A stretch of 64,000 nt of DNA from an uncultured Nitrososphaerales archaeon (GCA_963695855.1 CAVOHZ010000010.1:896001-960000); one strand, 5' to 3'. Shown: positions 43,701 to 53,405, counted from the stretch's first letter. Program-made: numbers and translations. Notes: a model not told the origin generated them from the sequence alone.

Positions 43701-44462
43701 TTAATTAAACTCCGTCTTAGAATCATCTTGATACTTTAGGTAAGTATCTATGATCTTGTTGATTTTATTTTGATCATCCTCAGGTCTTACCAATTTTGCG
43801 ATATTCAACACCTTTCTAATATCTTTTTCACCTTTCTCAAGTAACAATTGTGCAATCAATGCTGATAAAATCGAAGGCAGATAGAACTTTGATATAAGTA
43901 AAGTAACACAAATTTTAATGAATTCTCTATCAGAATATTCTGGCAACGTATAGATACTAAATCTTGATCTGAAAGGTTTGGTTAACCTTTCTATGCTATT
44001 TGATGTCGCAAATATCTTTGGATTATCCATTTTAAATTTGACTCTGGTCTCTTTTTTTGTTATATTTACTTCTCCAGTCTCTAAAAGATTATAGAAAACT
44101 GCTTGATCCTTTCTGTTTATTTTATCAATTTCATCAATGAGAATTATTCTTGCATTTCTATGATTTTCTAAATCATGTATAATTCCTGGTCCACTACTGT
44201 TAGCAGCATCATAATATATACAATCATTCACCTTTTCATGTATGCATTCTAATAAGAGGGATTTTGCCGTAGCTGGAGGTCCTACAAGTAAGATGTTTAC
44301 ATTATGTTCTGATACTATTCCTCTATACAGAATTTCCTTTAGATCATTATATGAATAAATTTCGGCGAAAAAATCTAAAGCCTTTTCTTCTAATCTGTAA
44401 ATATGTGGTTGCTGTTTTTGTTCATGTCTTGAATTATCTTTTCTGAAGGAATGAAATATCAA
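43701..44462 (-). CDS. AAA+ ATPase (stand-alone, MCM/RuvB-like)
   Basis: Walker A variant LLVGPPATAKS, Walker B ILIDEIDK, LLETG, ATSN sensor 1, SRF arginine finger. Confidence 0.85.
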   Translation of the reverse strand: MIFHSFRKDNSRHEQKQQPHIYRLEEKALDFFAEIYSYNDLKEILYRGIVSEHNVNILLVGPPATAKSLLLECIHEKVNDCIYYDAANSSGPGIIHDLENHRNARIILIDEIDKINRKDQAVFYNLLETGEVNITKKETRVKFKMDNPKIFATSNSIERLTKPFRSRFSIYTLPEYSDREFIKICVTLLISKFYLPSILSALIAQLLLEKGEKDIRKVLNIAKLVRPEDDQNKINKIIDTYLKYQDDSKTEFN

Positions 44463-44886
44463 TATACAAACTATATAGAAGTTTATTATTTAGATATAGT
44501 GTTTTCAATGCTATTTTATATCCATGGTTTCAGCTGAATTTGCACATTCTAATATTTTTCTATAGAAAGAATACAAAAGTTGTGAATTCATCCAGTTTGT
44601 TGTTTAAAAAAGAGATTTTCTTCAGGATAATCAATTCGATATTCCGTAATTCTATTAATATTATTATTTGTTGGGAAAAATTTAAAAAGAAAAAAATTTT
44701 ATGAGGAAGTACACTAGTAATTTTCTTGCCGGAAAAAATATTTTAAAAAATATATTTGTATCAGGTGTAAATTGCATGATGTATTAATTTGAAGTTAGAA
44801 CTGAAAGAATTATGTTATGTATTTTTCCAATAAGCTTATACCAAAAGTTTAATTTTTTAATAACTTTCAAGATCATAAAATAATAA

Positions 44887-45158
44887 ATGAGGGCTCTACA
44901 GGAGGAATTACAATACATTTTTCATAAAACATGATTTGATCCTTGAAGTATTATAGAGAAAGCCAGAAGTATCATGAAAGATTACCATCCGGGTACCACG
45001 TAAATCGGACATGAGGTGCTTTACATAAGGCATGAGTGGGCTACTGGATAGCCAGAGATAAATTGGAACCTGATAAGGAGATTTATTATACAGAAGTAAT
45101 CCAAAAGTTGCAAAAAGAATTTGGGTTAGAACTCTTAGAGTTTGAATGTTTATCTTGA
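44887..45158 (+). pseudogene. Degenerate paralogue of 16128..16385
   Basis: Colinear DNA similarity with several stops and indels. Confidence 0.75.
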
Positions 45159-45205
45159 ATATAGATAGTGGGAGTTAAGTAAAAAAGCACTTAATATCAG
45201 GTTAT

Positions 45206-45478
45206 CTAATTTCTCATGATTTTGGTACATTCTTTATCTTCATCCATTACATGTAGATCAAGAATTATTGATATCACATTTTCAATATCACGAATACGGG
45301 ATTTAATATGCTGGAATTCATCTTTGATAGAATTTAGGTGATAGTTTTTTTGAAAAATAGAAGAAATAGCAATATTTTGGATTCGTTCTGATTCAGTATT
45401 CCCTGACAATTGCAGATCTTTATTGATAGTATCCAGAACATCTTTTGGAAGTGAAATTTTTAGGATCTTAGCCTCCAT
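45206..45478 (-). CDS. Putative ribbon-helix-helix (CopG-like) protein
   Basis: KISLPKDVLDTINKDL..SGNTESERIQNI; N-terminal half shared with 16456..16758. Confidence 0.55.
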   Translation of the reverse strand: MEAKILKISLPKDVLDTINKDLQLSGNTESERIQNIAISSIFQKNYHLNSIKDEFQHIKSRIRDIENVISIILDLHVMDEDKECTKIMRN

Positions 45479-45665
45479 TTTAATAAATTATTGCGTTTAA
45501 AGTTTTATTATTTTCAATACGATCTTTTTCCTATTTTTTTAAAAAAAATCATGTTGTTTGCTGAGCATAAGCTATGTAAATTATTTTTTTATTGATATTA
45601 TTGGAAATATTTCTAAAATTAATTATTAATATTTAATAGCATCTTCCTGTTATTGAATAATTGAG

Positions 45666-45932
45666 ATGAGTGACATTGATATTTGGCAAAAAGAGTTCTG
45701 GAATCGATTGAATCAACAAATGCAAGAAAATTTTAAAAAACAAATGGAACTTACACAAGAACAGGTAAAAAAACAAATGGAACTTACACAAGAACAGGTA
45801 AAAAAACAAATGGAATTTACACAAGAACAGATAAAAGAACAATTGGAATTTACAGGAGATCTGGTAAAAAAACAATTGAATATACAGAAGGACAGCCAAG
45901 AAGATCAGAAGAAGAAGCTAAAAGATCGATAA
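45666..45932 (+). CDS. Small coiled-coil protein with 11-residue repeats
   Basis: Paralogue of 16947..17201. Confidence 0.7.
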   Translation: MSDIDIWQKEFWNRLNQQMQENFKKQMELTQEQVKKQMELTQEQVKKQMEFTQEQIKEQLEFTGDLVKKQLNIQKDSQEDQKKKLKDR

Positions 45933-46112
45933 AAGTGGCTATGAAAAATGGAGACTTTTCTTAATCAACATAATCCAACATTAGCAATGATAGAATTTGA
46001 ACAAGCAAGATTTTTAAGAAATTTCTTGAGAGAGTGAAATTTCCCTTTATTTTTATTAATTTAAAATAATTAAAAAATAAATCTTTAATATTATTATCTT
46101 TATTACCATATA

Positions 46113-46161
46113 TTAGACTCTTATTTCACACTGCTATCGGTGTTACTCCCTACTGGCCGGT
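46113..46161 (+). repeat. att-like site, family A
   Basis: TTAGACTCTTATTTC-ACACTG-CTAT-CGGTGT-TACT-CCCTA-CTGGCCG-GT. Confidence 0.78.
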
Positions 46162-46292
46162 AATATATTTGGGTTTATATACAACTATTGATAATATAAT
46201 TTAAAAATTTAGTGACTTGGTCGTGAGTATAACTTAAAATTTCAGACTAACAAAAAGTTTGTGATTACAAATAATTGATATTAGTTTTTATA

Positions 46293-46330
46293 GATTAGTA
46301 ACAAATTTGTAACTCAAAACTACCCGGCCC
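46293..46330 (+). repeat. att-like site, family C with tRNA-Val 3' core
   Basis: GATTAGTAACAAATTTGTAACTCAAAACTACCCGGCCC; last 9 nt match tRNA-Val 12101-12109. Confidence 0.75.
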
Positions 46331-46393
46331 CTAATCTTTTAAAAATAATAGTATAATAATTGAACAGTAGATTTTAAATATTATGCCTTTTTA

Positions 46394-47524
46394 TACCAAT
46401 TAGCATAAGTATACTGACTTTATTTTACTATTGTATCATACATTTTAGAGCAGAATAGCTATTAGCTACTATTATTATTAACATGATACATCTTATTGAT
46501 TACTACAGAAATATCAAAAACAAGATTTGAAAAACTATACAGATCTGAAAATGATGCTAATGTAAAGGAAAGAATGCTACTTGTTTTAAATGTAGTATAC
46601 GAGAAACAGATTCCCGCACAGGTAGCAAGAGATCTTCATAGAAGCAAGACATGGGCATCTGACTGGTTAAAGAGATACAGAGAAGAAGGAATAGAAGGAT
46701 TAAAAAACAGAACAAAGAGTGGAAGACATCCAGATCTATCAGAAGATACAATATATGAAATAATAAAGGAATTATCATCCAGCAAACAAGGTTGGACTAC
46801 AAAACAGGTAGAAGATCTGATTGTGAAAAAGAGTGGTGGAATAAGATACCATTACACCCACGTATACAGACTCATGCACAAGTGGGGATTCAAGCAGAAG
46901 GTACCAAGAAAGTTACATGTTAATACAGCATCAAAAGAAGAGAAAGAAAATTTTAAAAAACAGCCAGAACGATTCTGGATACTCTCCACGACGAAGGATT
47001 CACGGTAGTATCTACAGATGAATCATTTTTCTTCTATGATTCACTCGTCAGGAAAGTATGGATAAGCAAGTATGAAAGACCAGTTGTAAGGATTACAGGG
47101 TCCCATCAGGAATCTGTCTTATTTGGTGCCACAAGCCTTGAAGGAAAACAGTTATTCAGACAGTACTACTGGTTTGATGAAAATACCTGTTTAGATTACC
47201 TAAAACAGATACACAGAAAATTTCCAAAATGTTACTTGTTCCTAGATAAGGCAAAACAACATTACAGATCGAAAAAGGTACTGAAATATTTTGCTGACAA
47301 TGGAGATAGTTTGATTCCAGTTTATCTTCCAACAGCATCTCCAGAGTTTATGGTACTGGAAGAGATATGGCATATAGCCAAAAACGATCTGCTTGTTCTA
47401 CAATATTATTTGTCATTTACTGATTTTAAAAATAAAATATCATTATATTTTAGAACAAAAAGATTTCATCTTGATATGAGAAACTATCTGGTTGATGGTG
47501 TCAGCTAACATATGCTAAGTGGTA
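46394..47524 (+). mobile_element. IS630-family IS (orfA 46496..47008 plus orfB to 47508)
   Basis: TACC...GGTA ends with TA duplication; TTTTAAAAAAC junction; TDES, LDKA, EEIW. Confidence 0.92.
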
Positions 47525-47539
47525 TACTATAACACAATA

Positions 47540-47590
47540 TTAAATTCTTATTTTTGCACTGCTATCGGTATTACTCCCAACGAATCAGTA
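47540..47590 (+). repeat. att-like site, family A
   Basis: TTAAATTCTTATTTTTGCACTGCTATCGGTATTACTCCCAACG. Confidence 0.72.
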
Positions 47591-47658
47591 GATTTCTCTG
47601 GTTCACCTATATTATTCAAAAATATTGAATAGGGTTTAATTTAGTTATCTCAATAATT

Positions 47659-48424
47659 CTAATCAAATAAGGCTTTTGTTCTTTTAAATAAATTTACTTT
47701 TTTATTTGTGTCCATACTATCCAATTCTTCTGCATGCTTACCAGATACCTCATCATTCCATGCTTGCACTATTTTTTCCAGTACTTTATTTAATTCTGTT
47801 AAATTGCTATTTTCGGTAGTAGGAAAAACATCAGTTTTATTTTTTGTCAATAAATATTCTTCCATCTTCATCTTCACAAAAGCTTGTACATCATCCATTA
47901 TAGTTCCCATTGGTGAACTTGGCAGACCATATTCATTGGTAAATTCTTTAAGGTTTTTCTTGGCTTGATTTTGTTTAGGATTATATTTAAAGATGTTTTC
48001 CATGCTTTCAATGCTTCCTCTCTTCTCATATCTTCCCAAAGAACACAAGCAAGATTTTGGTAAGAATCAGCTATCTCCATCTTCTTTGAATCCTTATCAT
48101 CATAAAGAGTAATGGATTTCTCATACATCTTAATCGCCTTTTTTCATTGTTTTTTATTACTATAAAAAATTCCAAGCATCAGGATTATTTGGATACAACG
48201 CAAGGATGTTATCAAGCCATTTTTTAGCCTGGGTTAATTTATTTTTTGCAATAAGAATCTCTACCATCATTATCATGGTTTCTGAATCACTGATACATCC
48301 TATCAAAATTTCCGATAAAACCTTTTTTTGCTTCACTATATTTTTTTTCTAAACATAACTTTGTTGCTAATGTTAACCCACAATTGCGTATTTAATCAGG
48401 TGTTGGAGCCTTAGCATCATCCAT
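47659..48424 (-). pseudogene. TPR-repeat protein, frameshifted
   Basis: Overlapping ORFs 47898..48128 (ADSYQNLACVLW..RREEALKAW) and 47659..48048 plus upstream TPR-like segments in shifted frames. Confidence 0.7.
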
Positions 48425-48635
48425 GTTATCATAATAATTGAACTTTCTGTACTTTTAATATTTTATCCTATCAATTAATAATTTTTCATAACCATAAAAT
48501 ATTAAAATGGTTTTTAAAAATAAGCTTACAAATATATCATTACTATTCTCACCTATAACATGATGTACACTTTTAGTATCTAATATCAAATTCATGTGAA
48601 CCAATTTTATCTGACTGATTTTAATTTGAGTTTCT

Positions 48636-48693
48636 AATAATAAAAGCTAAATACAATGTAGTAAAACCTACCACATGAAAGATTCTACTCCAG
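48636..48693 (+). repeat. att-like site, family D
   Basis: AATAATAAAAGCTAAATACA-ATGTAGTAAAACCTACCACAT-GAAAGATTCTACTCC. Confidence 0.7.
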
Positions 48694-48773
48694 TTAAAAG
48701 CTTCTAATGTATATCATAAATGACAAGAATTCCAGCGTGATTTATGAGAATTATCTTCTCTTAAATTATTATC

Positions 48774-49418
48774 TTATTTATATTCTTGAATCAAGAATGA
48801 TGGTTTCTCTGAATCTTGAATTACTGGTACGAATTCAATAGAATTAAGAATATTTTTTATATCTCCAATATGTTCCATGTAATATTCTTTAGAAGGAGAT
48901 TCAAATCTGAAATCATAGAATTTATCGAAATCCCTTACTAATACATCATAATTATAATTAAATCCGTTATTTGATAAAGATAGATATTCCATTACCCATG
49001 CAGAGTGATTCCCAGCTATTTTTATCTCTTCATCATCAATGTATGAGAATCCAGGAGCTTTGTTTAAGTTTTCATATTTCCATGCCATAAAATCAATAGA
49101 ATTAGAACATTTACATTCATCTTTTATTTTAGCCAAATCATAGGATCTTATGGAAAAATATGAATCTCTATTTTCATTATTCTCTTTTAAGTTGAACGCA
49201 ATAATACATCCAAATAAGTTACATGTATTACTATCAAATGATGATGGGCTTACTTTTTCCCAAGGATTGGGGTATTGTAATTTAATTCCAAGAAACGGGT
49301 TATAATAATCATTAGTTGTTGAATTTGATTGTGCAAATGAGGGTGGTATAATTGATAATATTGACGATAAAACAATAACAACAACAAAAAGAAATAAAAA
49401 ATATTTCATAGTGTTCAT
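48774..49418 (-). CDS. Secreted PsbP-like protein
   Basis: Signal peptide; Y.NP.LGIKLQYP..W, IAGNHSAW, ILNSIEF. Confidence 0.72.
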   Translation of the reverse strand: MNTMKYFLFLFVVVIVLSSILSIIPPSFAQSNSTTNDYYNPFLGIKLQYPNPWEKVSPSSFDSNTCNLFGCIIAFNLKENNENRDSYFSIRSYDLAKIKDECKCSNSIDFMAWKYENLNKAPGFSYIDDEEIKIAGNHSAWVMEYLSLSNNGFNYNYDVLVRDFDKFYDFRFESPSKEYYMEHIGDIKNILNSIEFVPVIQDSEKPSFLIQEYK

Positions 49419-49724
49419 ACCTTATTGCTTCTATTATATTTCTTTCTAACATGAAAATTCTATCATCGCTATAGAAAATAAATTTGATGGAATTAAGATA
49501 ATAAAATTTGGATAGGGGTATAATAAAAATACATTATATAATAGGACCCCAATCTGAGTCTATTAATTGATCTGACAGATGATATTAATATTGTGTGTAT
49601 ATATGCAAGAGACAGCATTGATTGTTACTTATCATTTACTATTACTTCACAAATAAATTAAGTTATAAGGGCTTATTAATAATTCAAATCTAAAATCTTA
49701 AATATAATCCATATTGCTATAACA

Positions 49725-49763
49725 TTGGGTCCTAATTTTTCCACCGCTATCGGTATTATTCTC
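49725..49763 (+). repeat. att-like site, family A
   Basis: TTGGGTCCTAATTTTTCCACCGCTATCGGTATTATTCTC; begins the duplicate of 29551-29900. Confidence 0.72.
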
Positions 49764-49809
49764 TATATTCATTATGGTAGAAGATTTTGTTTGTATTTAT
49801 CTAATTTTC

Positions 49810-50822
49810 TGGTTTGTTGCATAACTCGTTTAACCAATCGTTCTCATTATTATATAATTGATAATTATGTAACAGTTATACTTTGAAACCAGTTATACAA
49901 CGATGCTTTCAACATTATCTCTCTTATCATGTTCTCTAACCTGATAGCAGTAACATATTCACCAAACATTCTCTTCATAGAGGAAAAAACAGATTCTACC
50001 ATCCATCTTTGTCCATAGCGTACACTATCTTTCCATTCTTGCAAATCATTCTTCTGCATTTTCACCATCTTGTTTCTAAGGTAATGATTGGTCTTGTTTC
50101 TGCATCTAGAATTCTTTCTTACCTTTATTGCTGGTTGTATGCCTTTAAATGATAGAAACTGAAAGATCTTGTTGCTATCATAGGAACCATCCATGATAGC
50201 AGTATCTATTACCTTATTCTGTTTTATTGCTATATAATCAACCAATTTTGGAAGTACTTTTACATCATGTACTTCTTCACTAGTAACATCTAATGATAGA
50301 ATTCTCTTCTTTTTTATATCGACTGCTAAATGTATCTTTAGATATCCTCTTTTTACATTCCACTTGTGTCTAATCCATTCACCCCTCTTAGATACCTTTA
50401 TACCGGTAGAATCAATTGCAATAACAAAATTATCATCATGCAAGTTAGATTTGGTTATATCATCAGAAATCTTGATATCCAGTCTATTTATTCTTCTGCT
50501 AATGTTACTATAATCTGGAATTGATGGCAAAGTGTTTGAAGCATGTTCTCTTACTACTCCTTCAGTTTGTCTGTAGGGTAAGTGAAAGTATGCTCTCATG
50601 TATCCCAATAACTTGACAAATGAATCTGGATATACGAATTTCCTACCTTCCTTTTCCTTATTCATCTTCTCTAGTTCAGTATTCCAGTTATCTATAACAT
50701 CAAAATCCAGTAATACCTCACCACGTTTAACAAGAGATTCGTTGTAATTTCTCCAGTTCACATAATATGACTAGAATTGGTTAGCTAAATGTGTTGAGAA
50801 GAACAAGTTGTGCAACAAGGCA
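49810..50822 (-). mobile_element. IS5-family insertion sequence
   Basis: Terminal repeats TGGTTTGTTGCATAACT / AGTTGTGCAACAAGGCA; 8-bp target duplication TAATTTTC (49802-49809, 50823-50830); empty site visible near 29628. Confidence 0.92.
49865..50761 (-). CDS. IS5-family DDE transposase
   Basis: Close paralogue of 10662..11561 with the same motifs. Confidence 0.95.
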   Translation of the reverse strand: MNWRNYNESLVKRGEVLLDFDVIDNWNTELEKMNKEKEGRKFVYPDSFVKLLGYMRAYFHLPYRQTEGVVREHASNTLPSIPDYSNISRRINRLDIKISDDITKSNLHDDNFVIAIDSTGIKVSKRGEWIRHKWNVKRGYLKIHLAVDIKKKRILSLDVTSEEVHDVKVLPKLVDYIAIKQNKVIDTAIMDGSYDSNKIFQFLSFKGIQPAIKVRKNSRCRNKTNHYLRNKMVKMQKNDLQEWKDSVRYGQRWMVESVFSSMKRMFGEYVTAIRLENMIREIMLKASLYNWFQSITVT

Positions 50823-51007
50823 TAATTTTCCATATTCTTGCCTTTCTTACTATTTAATATTATTGGAAAACCAAAAAGTAAAAATAGTAAACTAATCATT
50901 GGAACAAATATTCGAATGGAACTTTCTGTTATAGTTATAATTAACGGAATTGCCAACATGACAGCGCCTAACACCATAAAAATTATTCCTATTCTTCTCT
51001 CTTCCAA
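50771..51007 (-). CDS. Small two-helix membrane protein, 3' end extended into IS5
   Basis: Paralogue of 29627..29812; the IS inserted at its stop codon region. Confidence 0.55.
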   Translation of the reverse strand: MEERRIGIIFMVLGAVMLAIPLIITITESSIRIFVPMISLLFLLFGFPIILNSKKGKNMENYALLHNLFFSTHLANQF

Positions 51008-51096
51008 TAAAATGCTTAATTTCACATGTTGTATAAAACAGTATTTCATATTTGATAGAAAAGAAAAACAATTGTATTGAAATTTATAGATGATTC

Positions 51097-51181
51097 GGTG
51101 CTGTAACTTAAGGAAAGAGCTATAGCTGTGAATGTTCTATTCTAACAATATATGTTGTTAAGATTTGTCAGAAATAGAACA
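51097..51181 (+). mobile_element. IS6 left-end fragment
   Basis: GGTGCTGTAACTTAAGGAAAGAG...GTCAGAAATAGAACAT nearly identical to 13705-13790. Confidence 0.85.
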
Positions 51182-51393
51182 TGTACTTTTATTGTAATGT
51201 ATTCCCTTTATTGCTTTCAACCCATGCAAATCCTCAATAATAATTATTATAGCATTTCTCTAAAAAGCAAAAATATAGAACAATTTAGATAAACAAAAAA
51301 AACGATTTAGGAATTTAATACCCTAATGAATATAAAACTACCTAGTACTGGATTTGAAATTCGAAGATAGAGGATTCATTAGTACTTCCATAG

Positions 51394-52041
51394 TTATGGA
51401 CCTCTGTATTCTACTACTGAATAAAATGCGTTCTTTCCAGAGTGGTCAAAATTTAAACTTGGAGTAGTAATACGCATTATCTTTGTTTTTGCTGCTTCTG
51501 CAACTTTCCAAATAAATCCGTTTGGTAGTTGTACCTTTGTATCCTGTTCTTCCCCAGTTACAGGATTCTTAAAACTTTCTAAATGAACATCCATGATATT
51601 GGATACAGTGAAACTACTTCTCTTTCCATCTATCTTGATATTGATGTCTACAAATTGAGGTTCTAGAAAATATTTTATTGTCCCTGCAAAGAGAGCAAAA
51701 GGACCTTCTCCTTTAGCTTTACCCGAAAATATATCGACTAATGCACTTCTTATATTATTATATGGTGTATTTTTAGTAATGTAAAGCTGCATTGTACCAT
51801 TTCCTTCATGTATTGCCTTCGGCCAGGCATATGCACCAACTACATCTAAGCCATCTAATTTTACATCTCCATAATTTCCTTCTCTTATATGATACAGTAC
51901 TAAAGCTCTGCAAAAGCCTGAGGAAGGAAAACCATCAAAATTACATGGACAACCATAATCACAATTACATGTTTCAACATAATCGGCTTTTAAATGCCAA
52001 GTCGGAATCTGAGTGGTAGATGATGATAACGAATATTTCAT
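51394..52041 (-). CDS. DUF1326-domain protein (Cys-rich, metal-binding)
   Basis: YVETCNCDYGCPC.F...P..G.C, I.EG.YGDV.LDGL, WP..IHEG. Confidence 0.85.
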   Translation of the reverse strand: MKYSLSSSTTQIPTWHLKADYVETCNCDYGCPCNFDGFPSSGFCRALVLYHIREGNYGDVKLDGLDVVGAYAWPKAIHEGNGTMQLYITKNTPYNNIRSALVDIFSGKAKGEGPFALFAGTIKYFLEPQFVDINIKIDGKRSSFTVSNIMDVHLESFKNPVTGEEQDTKVQLPNGFIWKVAEAAKTKIMRITTPSLNFDHSGKNAFYSVVEYRGP

Positions 52042-52123
52042 ATCAATAACTAATTATTTATTTGTATAAAAGAATATCTTTATACAGTAAAATTAATTTG
52101 ATTACTACTAATCAAAAGGATTC

Positions 52124-52906
52124 TCAACAATGGATAATAGGTTCTAACTTTTGTCTTAATAAAATACCTGAATATGCAAAATCATTCTTCATTATAGCTT
52201 CAGTATACTTTGTAAATAGTGAATTGTCAATACATGAACCATCGATAGGATATACCATATTTGGTGATAAATCTTCAAGCCTTTTAGTTGTATTTCTCAC
52301 AGGTTTCTTACTGGCAAATATTCCAGCACATCTATAAAGATTAATCAGTAGTTCTGAAAGTTCTTCAGATAAAACAGGTTTATTCTTTCCTGGTTGGATA
52401 AATAAATCAGAAGTAAACAGTGACTTGGTATTCTGCTCAAATATCATCATACTATCCTAGTGATGAACATGTGGTGTCATAATGTATTTGAATTGCCTCT
52501 TACCAGTCTTTAGGATTTCAATTTCCCAAACTGCTATATGGTCTAAAGGAATGTTATACCAGCCCATCATTTTTAGCTTTGAACTTAAATCGCTGCATAC
52601 TAATTTTGCATAAGCAGATTCTAAAAATCCCATTCCACCCCGTTGGTCACTTTCAAAATTAAAAAAAGATATATATGCTAACTTTTGCAAAGGGATAACT
52701 TCTTATATTTTTTGTTCTAAATTTTTATACATTCCTATGGGACCTGTATGAAATAACATAGGTTTTTCATCATCAATCAAAAATTGATGAAACGTTATTC
52801 CAAATGTATTTGAGAATCCGGATATTCTATAGATTGCATCAGTAATTTCAGAAATGGTAACATCAACATCCTTATTATAATAATCAGTCTTGTTAATTTC
52901 TCTCAT
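52124..52906 (-). pseudogene. Metallo-beta-lactamase-fold (FprA/ODP-like) protein, fragmented
   Basis: Three consecutive ORFs: QFLIDDEKPMLFHTG; FESD; TPHVHH then MMIFE...LFTSDLF. Confidence 0.82.
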
Positions 52907-53367
52907 CTTTAGAATAGATTAACATAAGTAAATAATTTTCATGAAATTTGCTTGTAGGTAGATTAAATATATTGGATGACAAATATATCCAATAGTCGTA
53001 TGAATCTTCTCTTAGCAAAAAGATTCGATACCCCTTATTTTATTAAGTCCTTCTGTTCTAAATAGTTACCAAAAAACTAAATCTAATAAAATATCATTTT
53101 CATTATCAGGAATTCGTTGTCTATAAAAAGGAATTCGCCCTAAGATTTATTAAAAAAATCAGAAAATAAGATTAAAAAGAATATTATAAAAAACATTATA
53201 AAGAGGAAATAAAATAAATAGGACAAAAAAATGATTCGATATAGTAACTTTAACTACTGATCTATAATAAATTATATATTGACTTTTTCATGCATGTCTT
53301 TGTAATTAGAAAAGCCGTATTATCATTTCTAATCATAATTCTTACATAATATCACTTTATTGTAACC

Positions 53368-53405
53368 TTAGACTCTTTAGCGCCGGCATCAGTGTTACTG
53401 GCGAC
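53368..53405 (+). repeat. att-like site, family A (most degenerate, right edge of island)
   Basis: TTAGACTCTTTA-GCGCCG-GCAT-CAGTGT-TACT-GGCGA. Confidence 0.55.

Noticed and set aside
15795-53405. CRISPR array interpretation of the dispersed repeats
   Set aside because: Spacing is irregular (0.1-8 kb), the intervals contain genes, and no cas genes are present.
12156-53405. Classical integron (IntI plus attC)
   Set aside because: Sites lack consistent RYYYAAC...GTTRRRY ends and long attC folds, cargo genes lie on both strands, and the integrase fragment has no catalytic domain in which to check the IntI insertion. Used as an analogy only.
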